From Trichoplax sp. H2 (Eukaryota), in NCBI GenBank assembly GCA_003344405.1, contig NOWV01000002.1, positions 1,302,001 through 1,366,000 of the forward strand: a stretch of 64,000 bases of DNA, read 5' to 3'. The notes under the pieces were generated by a model, which ran no database searches, was not told where the DNA came from, and saw nothing but the letters and a program-made list of their open reading frames with translations. Position numbers and translations under genes: made by a program. Numbering within the stretch: position 1 is the first letter of the stretch; each line of letters begins with the position of its first letter. Shown here piece by piece: positions 14,501 through 27,100 of the stretch.

Positions 14501-15830
14501 CTAAGTTTGAATAGAAGATTTAAAGAACATTTACGTATACGTATGTATCTACGCTAATTGATTACCGTATCCGTTAGCATTTGAGAGCAGAATAAAATTT
14601 ACTCTGTACGTAATTTAAGGATGATTATTTGTCGATTTTTTTCAATATGTTATCATTAAACCATTGTACGATAGCATCTAAAAGGAGCCGGCATCATCCA
14701 CGAGTAAGTAAGATTATTTTGTACTTTAAAAATTAGAGGAATAAAAACACAAAGTGTGATTCTTTTTCTGGTTGATACGTATTGAAGTCGCAGAGGTCAT
14801 AAGATATACATTTGAGTGTGATTGAATTGATGGGAAATTTACTGAAGTAGAGTATAGTAGACTATTAAGCACCCTTGCTTTATGAAAACAATTTTCTTAC
14901 ATTGTTACAAAGGTATATTTAAACAGTAGAGTAATATTGATTATAATTCTTATATTGTATGCTTTAGCTTATTCACAGTTGTCATTGAGCATCAAAAGGG
15001 ATGATTCGCCTATATCAATGTAAGATGCATGTTGTTTATATCCGACCTATTCCTTGTAAAATACACTTTTAGAGTCATACGGCTAACATCCATTAAATCC
15101 AGGCCGCTATCACTCATAAGGATAGGAATAGGTCTGATAGAAAGCTGCAGTAATGCAAGTGAATTTCTTCTGATGACTGTATTCCCCATTTGATTAAAAT
15201 AGTGCCGTAGTGAAAAATATAAAAATACCTAGGGAGAAGACCGAATTTATTGCACTGTACACTTTTACAGCGCTGGGAATTTATCACCACGTTGCGCTAC
15301 TAGCTCGATAACAAGATTACGATCAGAATACGTGCATGTGATTGGCGTTTGACAAGATTGAAATGGTTGACTTTCATCATTTTGATTTACACTCTACTGT
15401 ACTGGATTTTCGAATAACTTTTTTAAATTGATGGTGGGCATCCATATTTAATGTTAAGCGGATATCACGTAATCTTGACTACTTTTACAGGATTGCTGTA
15501 GTTTTAAAATGCATGAGTACAGTATACCACACACTCGAGTATAAACGACAACGTTCGGCATCCAAAATGCCATTCAATGTCGTTGCAGCTATCTTATCCC
15601 AATGCCACCATCTACAGTATACGACACTATTTCATGCCCTATTAAGATGCAGAGATGCAAGATGGAATGCATTCGACATGTATCGTCAACGATCTAGTTA
15701 TCCTCTAAATATGACCACTAGTAGTTTTATGTATCACTTACTGTAGTCCTTTTGAGCATCTGGTATCGCCATCAGCTATATTAACATGATGAATACTGTT
15801 ATCTAATTTGGGGGCCAGATCTTGATCCAT
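8528..15830 (-). CDS. MCC: MCC (colorectal mutant cancer protein)/USHBP1-family coiled-coil protein, multi-exon
   Basis: LNGKYESNCAILRSALEYTDRSLEIYELL and ELIEDLKRSNHELINAYDRAKQRLKLKIKLLEDQL resemble the two conserved MCC blocks as I recall them (GKYESNATALRLALQY; DLKRANSNLVAAYEKAK). Main exons are about 8528-8587, 8841-9096, 9173-10226, 10489-11089, several small ones in 11240-12140, 12255-12597 and 14012-14183. A tentative first exon 15742-15830 (MDQDLAPK...) is phase-compatible, but the 5' end is uncertain. Confidence 0.8.
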
Positions 15831-15959
15831 TATTCTATTGGAAATGAGACAATTTTTTCCAAGTTCTCCAAACTGAAAATACGATATGGCAATAACGGTA
15901 GAGTTGCAACCTTGTGCTGGTAGCCTAACTACATTAATGGAATTTTCTTCCAACGATTG

Positions 15960-16650
15960 GAATACTACATGCCATAAGTACTGTATCGCGTTTTCAATTT
16001 TCCAACGGGAAGGACATTAAAGCATACTATCAAAGTTGATTGTCATCCATTTTATGCTTGCATGACAAAATTGAGATCATTTACATGCTGAAATAATCAG
16101 GCAACCAAGACTGACTACAGTATTTGTCATCCACAGCGATGACTTTATATACAACAGGCGAGAACTAATTTAGATGGCAGGTTAGCAAAAATTTCAAGCA
16201 ACGTCATTAACTGTTGATTATTATTCTATTTTATTTATTATGATGAAATTGGATACGGACGTTGATATAGTGCTGATTCAAGTCATCCAGATAGACCATT
16301 TACCACGGTTACTTCAAATTTGATCGATGTTATATGAGGGGGGGGGTCACAACTCAAGATGCCCTTTGCCAGCCAGACCAGTCAGAACCTACAGTACCGT
16401 ACTGTAGAGTTCCTACTGTACTGGACTATGACCAGACCAGACCATGAAAACCTGTACAGAATGTACAGTACAATGTACTATAATCGACAGGGCAATTCAG
16501 GTTGGATAGTGTAGGTTGTTGCCATACTGGACTACATAATCACTACGTACTTAAAGGAGAGCATTGCCGTGGCAGAGGTCATTTTGACTCCGTTACCCAC
16601 TGAAGATAACAAGCGCCGACAGTTTTAGCTTCAAATCACCGGTAAGAATA
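15960..16650. promoter_or_regulatory. Putative bidirectional promoter between MCC-like (-) and ZFAND5/6 (+), with a probable ZFAND non-coding first exon ending at 16641
   Basis: The two genes are divergent. The segment is locally more GC-rich, with a G9 run (16338-16346), CCAGA repeats, TACAGTA/TACTGTA motifs and a strong + strand donor CCG|GTAAGA at 16642. Confidence 0.45.
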
Positions 16651-19125
16651 TTTGCAGTTGCTATCCAGTCATCATGTTTTGCTATGACCGAAATATTCTA
16701 TGCGAATGCGATGTAGTCCATGAAGTATAGTATGATACGCTACCATTGAAAGTTGGACAATACATGTGCGTATGAGCGTGCAAATGACCAAGTAGAAATT
16801 AGACGTTGATCATTTTTCATTCAAAGTCTCCATTTCTACGCGATCGCGTTACACTTCGACACACTATTGGATACTCATTTTACTTGCTTCTTAGCATAGG
16901 AAGTTCCCTTACCACTGTCCTTTATTCGCTTATATTGTATCATCTTGCTGATAGTATGGACCGTATTTTCTTGTCGTAATCGACTCGATCTCACTTCTTT
17001 TTTTAATCAATGTGATTAATGAAGATTGATCGATGATGATTTTCATTCAAAGTTGAGATAATTCCCATACTGTATACTACTGTACAGTACCACTGACAGT
17101 GGATCTCTGAACGTACCTTGAACGCTGGTGTCTGTCTGTATACTGTAGTCAATAGTACAGTACTGTATAGTAACATGATTGAATAATCATGAAGGAATAG
17201 TATGAAAATGTCAATGTACATACAGTACACTATACAAACCCGATCAGGTGTTTTGCAAGCATTTAAAGTGTTTTTGTTGTTGTCATCGACCTCAATAATC
17301 AGAACTTTCTAATAATAGAAACAAACTGATGGTGTTTTTGTCATGCTGTCTGCTTCATACTTTGTACCGAAAATTGGATTACATAAATGGTTCGTTGTAA
17401 ATTGGCAGCTCGGTCATGATGATAGATTTTATGACTGCATTGATGATAGCCTGAATAGCGCTATTTCTTTTCTTAATCGTCTTAATCTTGACACATTTGT
17501 AAAGCGCAGACCAGTACAGTAGAGCGGTTATTTTTTAAAAGTGTAGTGCAATGTTATCATTTTTAGGGGGTTCTACTGGACCAGTAAAATTCATTAAAAA
17601 TTCATTGTTTTTAAGTTTGGGCAAAATAGTGGTTGATAATAGCATCTTGCAATTTTTGAAAGTTGTGTTTCACAATATCTGTAGTTAAGACAACATCAAA
17701 ATTAGCATACAAGTACCGAGCAAAGAATTGTTGTGCCATTTATTTCTTATTTTCTGTGTTATGACAGTACTACATCATGATAAAAACGTATGCGACATGC
17801 GACTAATGCTAGTGTAGAGTCAAAACCCTTCGAGAAAGGTCTCTAGTGGACACTGTATAGTAGACTGCAGTCGAATAATTGCCTTCATTCATGACTGTCA
17901 CGACACGTAATTCAGTGTGAGTCGATGAATGACTTCAGTCATTGGATGCTTTCATCCGCCATTTTGAGTTCTTGAATTCAGGCCGATTTTCCTGTACTGT
18001 ACTTTGATATTTGTCACGGTCATAAAACGAAGAGAATATTTGAAGTTGGACTATAGCGCATGTAGGTGTCGGCTACAAATGGAATCATAGTCCAGTCTAC
18101 AGATTAACAAAAACTGACAGATCCGAGCAAGAAAATGGTGCTTGATCGAGTTGTATTGCTAACCATCTGAAGTCTTTGGAAGGCCATTTTTACAGTACTG
18201 TACACTGTATAGTCCAGTCGTGTACTGGAATACCCTTGGCTTCCTACCGGCACAGGTTGCATCATTTACAGTACTGTATGATATGCAGAGTTAATCTACT
18301 TGGTACTGTAGTCATTGTACTGTAGTGTACTGGACTTGGACATTACTGTAACTGTAGTTTTGAATGAACCGTCACAAAGTCTGATCTAGAGTGTACAGTA
18401 TAAGCCAGAGCTCAATGCACTCTTCTAGTATCAACACTCAAGTGGCTGACTACAAACCTGTCCAAACATGCAATACTGTACACTCTGTACTCTACCATAA
18501 CCTGTCAAGATGCAATTGCGTATGGCTTTTTAGAACTGGTTGTTTTTCTAGTCCCTTCTCCAACTGAATGAATGTACTGTACAAAATGATGATGAATCGA
18601 TGATGATGCAGCATGATGCCCTCAGTAACAAGCGTTTTATTTGTTGTGTTGTGTTGTGCCAGCCTGTCTAGCGTCCAGTCCAGTCTACTTCACGCTTGTC
18701 TACCTCTACTGTAGCAAGTAGCGCAAGCAAGTGATACAGCACCAACGCTGTCAAGTCAAGTGTACTATTTATAAATTCGAAATTATTCTAATCATCCTTT
18801 TTCTCCCATTGACGCAAACTCACCCCAGTTCAGTACGTCACAATCGATCGACAGTATTGATTACTGAAGTGCATTTTTAGTGATCGGAAAAAAGGAAATC
18901 TTGCTGATTTGACGTTGGTTTTTTTCCTCATTTTCTCTCGCTTCAAGTAGTGCTGAACCGATTGGATTTTTTTGCTCTTTGTTAAGTAGGAATTACTTAA
19001 CGTCAAGACTTGTGAAGAAGAGGTCAACTCAGATACGCGCTACAGCTTACAGCTGGTGAATTCCTTTCACGATAATTGTACAAAGTGAAAAAAAGAACAA
19101 CCAGTTCTGATTGAAAGTCGACGAT

Positions 19126-22100
19126 ATGGATAGACAAACACAGAGCCAGGAACAACCAGTACCTGTACAAATTTTATGCCGAAATGGCTGTGGTTTTTAT
19201 GGACACCCTAACTTTGATGGAATGTGTTCTAAATGCTTTAAAGATTCATTAGCACAAAAAGAGAAAGCAGCATCAGTACAAGGTACATTCAATCTGTATT
19301 TATTTTGACCCTATACTTATCATTTTCCTTCATCCGTACGCCTAGACAGTATAGTACAGTATTTATAGTTCGACCCTTAACCGTTTCAACCAACATGACC
19401 GACCGTTCGGCCTTGAGACTTGGTTTTACTTTTCAATACTTTTACAGCATATGTAGTGGATTATCTATCTAATAGCGTGACTATCATGATTTGCTCTAAT
19501 TTCATGTCAGACCCATCAGGCTACAAGGTTTTTTTGACTCTTCCTATGACCCAAGAAGTCAATTTGAAAATTTCACATTCATAATTGAAATAATTGCTGT
19601 AGCTAGTATCGAAATAGAAGAATTTTGTGAAACAAACTATTTTTATCCTCTATTTTACCAATCCATATTACTATATTCACACACACACAGTACATTCATT
19701 GGATCCAGGTGTACAGTATTTTCCTTTGCAGTAATCAAATGTATTCGTAAGTATTTAACGGTTAGAAACCGTTTTTACTGTATCTTATCACCATGTACTT
19801 TGATATCTTGACGGCGACATTCTTTCATAGTACCGTAAACATGTAGACCTTATCTCTTTTGTATTCCCTACAGCAAAATTGCGTATTGATAAGTTTTATT
19901 CCTCATTTATTGATTATTTTAGAAACTTCTATAGAAACACCAGGAAAATTTAGAACACCAACATTAGTAAACGATAAAAGTAGCGAAATAAAAAATAAGG
20001 AATTGGATGAAATAGATTTGGCGACGAATAATAATAAGCAAGAAAAAGTAAATCAAGTACAGGAAGTAAAAGAAGATTCGTTATCGACGAACTCTGATAC
20101 AGATACACCAACTAAATCAATTAAGAGAAATCGATGCTTTACTTGTCGTAAAAAAGTTGGCTTAACTGGTATGATAGTAACCTTAAATTGTACTTCTGTT
20201 ATTGATTATAATTATCAATGACTTATAGACGAAGCAAATGAATACTAGTTTCTTTACTTGTTGTTCATGTCTCAATACATAAGTAGATTCTCGTCTTCAT
20301 CATTCAACCTACTGTGTCATTAAATGAAGTATATGTGTACAGTACAGTATTGGTAGTACCGTTATATATTCAGATGTTGGTTTCTTCGCTCTTAGTCTAA
20401 AATATACTACGGCTTTATGTGTACTCTTTTTAACATTGACAGTTATTAGTTTATCTTTTAGACGTATAAACTGGTTTTTTTTTTTTCCTTTACCCACTTG
20501 AATGATTGAGTAATTCTAATTTCATTTTTGAGTGAAACCTTGTACTGTATCATGGGAGAATTGTAGGACTGTAGTATTTGTTTGACGGGTTCAACAGGGA
20601 CATCGATTCTGTTCAAATACATCTAATTTTTGTGTGTGTGTATGATAATCGAAAAAAAACTGTACTGGAGATCTTACAAGTTGTTCCTTTCTAGTGTAGT
20701 ACTGCACTGTAGGGTATAAGAAAAATTTGTCTTTTGCATTCTCCGTACCCTTCGTTATTGATGGTCATCGTTTAGCCACGAAGAAAACGTACTGTATACT
20801 ATATCTATATATATCTATACATGTTATCCATGGCAGAGCGATTGATGATGACACTTTTCCTTTAACGATACGTTATGTTGTGTTTGATCACCGGGATCGA
20901 CAGTAAAATGGTAGAGGGTTAATTAATTTATTTTCAAGAGCAATTTTATAACGTCCGAGCCTGATTAATGACAGATTGTATTAGCGAGAAAGTCTGATTG
21001 TAATTATGATTAGTTGTAATGTATTTTCTGTCGAAAATGCAACGATACGCCACTTAGTTGGTTGGCTGATCGCTAGAAGTGAAGAGACATCGGCCTCTTG
21101 ATTACTGCATTATAACAATATATATGATTGCGGCAAAGAAATACAGCAGTCTATCCATTGATGTATTGACCATAAAAGGGGCTTGGGCTCCAATTGCCAT
21201 ACTAAACTGACTAAATCACCTAAAGTCACTCACCCTCAGTGTGTTTTTTTGAACTTCAGTTGAAAAGTCAGCGTGGAATGGTACAGTACTGTACTGCGCA
21301 TTATTACGGCATTGATTAACAATAACGTAAAATGTCTGCCTATCCCAATGGGGTTCCCAAGAACATACAATTGCTGTATTTGGATGTGCTCTACAGTATG
21401 ATAAACAAACCCTAGATCAAATGTGGATGCAGTATAAATGCAAATAACTTATTATTTTTTTTTGTACACTTACTCTTTACATTGCGCATGTCCATCGAAT
21501 GCAGACAGTACTGTACTTTACTGTACTGTACACTGTACAGCCAACACTGTGTACTGTAGATTGTAATATCTTGTCTGCATTAGTGGACTGTCAAGTCCTT
21601 AGGATGCAATTTTATTCATAGTAGTGTTTAATAAATACTACTATGAATAAAATTGCATCCTAAGGACTTGGAATATCCCTCTATCCTGTAAAAATTATGA
21701 AATTTTTACAGGATAGAGGGATATTCCATTTACTGTTTGTAGCATTTGATACAAATTAGGATTAAATGAAACTTGATATCGTGTAATTTGGACATGAATA
21801 GGAGTGACGACGATAGGACTAATTATTGTGAACTAAATGAAATAGCGAAATGTCGTGATGTAATCGATTGCGGCAGTACTCTTAGTAAACATCATTAAAC
21901 TAGTTGGCCTGATTAACTATCAACATCGTTTGTGTTCTATTAATGCGAGATGTTTGCTAACTGTAATATCGACATTATTATTTTCTTTTCTAGGTTTCGT
22001 ATGTCATTGTGGTAATGTATTTTGTAGCACCCATCGTTATTCAGACAAGCACGATTGTACATTCGATTACAAAGCTGCCGGTAGAGCTGCTATTAGCAAA

Positions 22101-22142
22101 AATAATCCAGTGGTTGTTGGATCGAAAATTCAAAAAATTTAA
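19126..22142 (+). CDS. ZFAND5: A20/AN1 zinc finger protein (ZFAND5/ZFAND6 family), 3 coding exons
   Basis: Exons 19126-19282, 19923-20168 and 21994-22142 splice in frame. N-terminal A20 finger [24 protein letters not shown]-terminal AN1 finger [51 protein letters not shown]. Co-orthology to ZFAND5 and ZFAND6 is likely. Confidence 0.95.
21592..21728. repeat. Two abutting inverted repeats (34-bp and 28-bp perfect arms) in ZFAND intron 2
   Basis: 21592-21625 is the exact reverse complement of 21637-21670. 21669-21696 is the exact reverse complement of 21701-21728, with loop ATGA. Confidence 0.95.
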
Positions 22143-24129
22143 GTAACTTACAGTAATTGGCTACTATTATACATTATGATTTAACCTTTTTATCTGACAA
22201 AAGATACAGTACTGTACGGCTGTTGCGTTATCAATGACTGCTGTGAAAGCGCGAAGTTTGCTACTAGTCTATGGCGTTTTCCAATTTTAGCTCTTTAGAT
22301 ATGATTGCTTAATTTCTGTTTTTGGTCTTACATCTTGCGTGATAACTAACCTGACTTCATTGACGAAATTTTAAGTATTTCTATTAGTACGGATGTATTG
22401 TGAAACATGTTGTGTCAAAATATTTTATATCGGTAAGATCGACACAACAATGTTACATGTAAGACAGTACAGTATTAGATACTCATTCGTGTAGGATCCA
22501 CATCATCGTCATCATATTATTTCACAGTAAATGTTTTTTCCACGATTGTATTTACGTTATTATATACATACTATGATTTATAATTTGAACGGGTACTGTA
22601 GTTAAATTGCTATGTTATGGATGGCTCGAAATTGTATTCACATTGTTAAATATCAAGCGAAGTTGTATTCTAATGCAAATAAAATTGACTACGGTAATTT
22701 GACGGAAACATATCGTATTTTTATCTACATACTCATAATGATCTCATGTGCTACAGTAACTAAATATAGTAAAGCTAGGATTTGCAGTAATATCAAATTT
22801 TATAAAATGAACCCTTATAATAACGATTGCATGTCCAGTGAATTGCAATACCGAAAGTGGAAAGCGATCACTTACGGTGCTCATGGAATAAATTGCCAGT
22901 ACGTCACTACAAATGGACGTGCAAGCCTTAGATTGGATATCTTGTAAAGTTGCAGTCTCCAGAATCATAGAAATATCCAAAATTGAAATGACTCAAAGTG
23001 TAACACACTACTGGCAATGGTACCCTTTCCAATCATTCAATTTCATCTTGGTATATGCAAGTAGTGATGAGCCATCCAAATATACGCGTACATTTATTTA
23101 AATACTGTACATACATACCGGACAACGTAGATTAGCTTTATACAGTAGTGCTTTAACTCATACGATTTCCGAATGAAAATTTTTATAGCGTCCGTGTACA
23201 GAAAGTCCACGTTACTGCATGCTATTCAAGCATAATACGCACTCCAATATTATGCTAATATCAAACACAATATAGTAGTATGCTACATGTGGCTTTTCTT
23301 ATTTTGATCAATGGGGGTACGCGGCAGTCGTACTTGTCTACCAATCATTCGTGCGGATATAAGGTAGATGATAATGGAATGTAATACAGCCTGTCGTGAA
23401 AAAAGAAAACAGAGAGATACGTACGCCATTGGTCTCTTTACGGTACTGAGAAATGCAATAGTCTCGGGAAACACTAAAGGCGTGCTATTTTAGCGGATAA
23501 ATAATAATAAAAGTATTACATACCTTGAATTCTTAGAAATACTAGCATTTAATTGCTTTATCTAGCTAAAATGTTATCGAGCCTTCATAAATTTTAGATT
23601 TCATAATTTTACTCTAGCTATGTCAATTCGATACGGCTATAGTACGATAAACAATACAAGTATAAGTTAATCACATCATTTTGGATCGACAAAGAGCTTT
23701 TATTGTTTTAAACGCAAACCTAAAAACAATCAGTGCTATTAAGAAACTGTTATACTACGTTAGTTAAATTTGCATTAGTATAACTTATGTATCTGAACAG
23801 CATATTTTAACTAACTAAATAAAACAGTTACAAAGACAGTTAAAATACATCTTTCCAGGTAATAATTAGGCCTAAAGTGTTACAATAAGATTATGTCGTA
23901 TTAATGCCTACCATACCAAGAAAGTAAAATGTAGAGCAATAGCAAACCGATAGATTAAAAAGCAAGACTGACGATACATATGTTAACTAAAATTTTAACG
24001 AAATTATCACTACCTTAAATGTTTAAACAGAACTTTACATTTCTATCAATAAGCTTTAACGAATATTATATAAAACTAGCAAACAATCTACTAAAAGCGC
24101 GCAGTCTCAAATCGCCTTAAGCGGTAAAA

Positions 24130-27100
24130 TTAGATATTTTTGTTTTTCGCAAGCCAGTCAGCAACATCTGCTTCATTCTTCTTCAACCAGTCGATGTTAC
24201 TCTTGATATTTTCGAGGATGGTCTTCTTAGAGCTAGATATAGCGTTAGTATCTTTGGCTGTGTTGAAAAAGTTTTGAACCTGCGAGAACGTGAAAATAAT
24301 AGAATGAATTGATAGGATCGAAAAGTGTATATAAAATAATGTACTGCGTTTTACTTGTAAATGATAGCATCACATTGTTGTAATTATATCATTAGGCATG
24401 ATTTCCAAGAACGTAAAACTATTGCATACGACAATACCTCTTGCAGTTGATAGTCAGTTGCGAAAGCACTAGTCAAACTCTCGGCCGCACGTGCTAGACC
24501 AAAGGTTACCTGGGAATATCTAATCATAGTCAAGAGATAGAATGTCAATAAAGTCCAGGAGCAAGATGGCATTCAGATTGGAATTCTATATTTACTAGCG
24601 ACTTAATGGTACCTGTCATATAGAGTGTTCCAATTGGCTTGAAAGAAACTCCATGCTAATTAAAACACAAGAGACAACAAACATCCTTTAATCTCAAATC
24701 GCTTTGCAATTATTCTTAGGTTATGATCCACAAAGATAACTGTTGCATACTTTGCAAAGCAATACTCATTATATTCTAATATAAATGCGGATACAAATAG
24801 TAAGTCGCAATCCTACCGATAGGTCGACCCAAAGTAGTACCAGAGACGTAACGAATTACACTAAGAGTATCTTGAGAACGAACCAGAGAAGTATTCATTG
24901 AACGCTGGAGATATCTAGTAATTTATTTAACAGTGTATTAAGGGAATTCAAATCGCAACATATCTTAAACAGTGCTTATTAGCGTACAGTATTACGATGC
25001 ATCCACAAACTTGTGTATAGTGTACGGGAAACTACTGTGTACCTGTTTAAGATCCATGGGGTACGAGAGAAGGCCAAAGCGTACATCAGTGCAGTCTTTT
25101 CTGAAGCAGATTCGGTTGTTAAGAATTTGTTCCAGGCAAAATCCCATTCTTTTAGACCACCAGCAGCAATACCAGCACGTAGGACACGAGTACGGATATT
25201 TGGATGGATACTGAATCAAGAGCATGACAAGAAATTGTCATTAATTATATCACAATCAATTATTAGGCATAATGATATCCACTTGGTGAAAATATATTGC
25301 AATCATATTCCACATCATTGTCGAAGCCAGTGTTAAAACTGTTGGTAGTAAGAAATACACATACAGTAGCATACCTTGTACCATTTACCATCCAGTTGTT
25401 ATAGATTTTCTTTGCTGCTTGAATAGCAGTGTTATAGTTTAGACGAGTTACCCAAAGTAAAATGTCACTTCTAGCATATCTATTTGATCAATATTAATTT
25501 AATGAGGCGTTAGAGGGATAAGAGTTGATACATTGATATCACTATGATAGAATGTAGAATATTATACCTGTCCAAGTGAGAACCGGAGTCAGTCCAGCCA
25601 AGGTCATTATAGCGACCACGGATTAGGTTAATCATGTACGTCTAACAGAAATAGTAATTTCTTTAATTTATGCTGAAAAGCTAATTTTATGCTTACTCAT
25701 TGGCAAGATTTTAGCTAACCTTGAAGTCACCGTATGATGGTCTCATGCTGAGGATAGTATCAAAGTAACCAAGCGATCCCAAGGCAGTGGTCCATGGTAC
25801 ATATTCTTTTTCCTTAGATAAATACTTAGTCATACCGAGTGCCAAACTCTGTTTGATTGTACCACTCCTACAAATATACCAATATTATATTAGTAATAGT
25901 TTTATAAGTGCATAATCCATTTTATTGCCATAATTGAAACATAAATACAGAAAAGTTCAATAGTTACATTTGTACGTATACTCATCTGTACCTAGCAAGC
26001 ATAAATGCATCATTGATCAAGCCGGCTCTATCACCACTCTTTAAAGTCTACATAAGGTAAAGGTAAAATTTTGTAAATAAATTCCGTAATAACAATAGAT
26101 TGGTGCTATAAATCGCATCCTTTAAGACAGATAAAGAACCTACGTTCACGTCACTTTCTAAAGCAGCCTGCAATCTATTCCAATTGGTTTCTGGGTAGTT
26201 GACGATGTAGAATCCATATTGTCCAACGTTAGCTTTCATCCAGCCATTTACGGGGTAATTGAAATTGACTGAGGTCTTATTCAGCCAAGCTGATATAGGT
26301 GTATTAGTATCTGCGCTTGTGATGTAGTTTAATGGAACGTACCATTTGTAACTACCAGAAAACCAACGAAGAGATAACATTACACTTTCAATTTATGTTA
26401 AAAATCTCCTAACAGCATGAATTAGCAGAGCTAGATATTCGATTTCGAAATTATTACCGTTTTCTTCACAAGAGCTTCCGTAAAGAAAGCCGAGGCGATC
26501 ATATATATTAACTTACCCATACGTAGAGAAGTCAGAGCCAGTACCAGTTGCAGCAGAATCATCAATCAAGAAGCGTTTTTGGGATGCAGTACCTTGAGCA
26601 CCCTGGTTTGTGATTGTGATAACTGGGAAGTTCTTTTGGCGTACCCATGGATCCATCACTTCAACCATATTAATTCTGTTATTGTTAGCCTATGATAATT
26701 TGACCCATTAGTACAAGTGCTATACACTGGGTATAGAATAGAAAAATGCAGCAACGCCGCTATGGCTAAACTGATTATTACAATATCAATACATTTAAAC
26801 CTACCTCGGATAAAGAGTTCCATAGTTGCATAGTGTTTGCGTTAGAATATTGATACTTTTTCAAATATGCCTAATGGTAAATGTTGAGTAACATAAAGTA
26901 TTAATAAATGAATGAAGAGATTATTACGCACGGATCTGTTACATACAATCAAACGTTATCGTTTAGACGATAATCGTAAGTATAGACACAGTACAATTGA
27001 CGAACCCTATATCCATTCTTGAAACCAGTATCCCCTAGGATAAACTCTACCATACGAACCGCTACAGCACCTTTACTATAAGTGATAGCATCGAACATTT

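Noticed and set aside
18587..18625. ATGATGA repeats as a possible C/D snoRNA C box
   Set aside because: No suitably placed CTGA D box or terminal stem was seen.
22612..23474. Overlapping short ORFs between the ZFAND and aminopeptidase 3' ends
   Set aside because: No domain signal; probably UTR or intergenic sequence.
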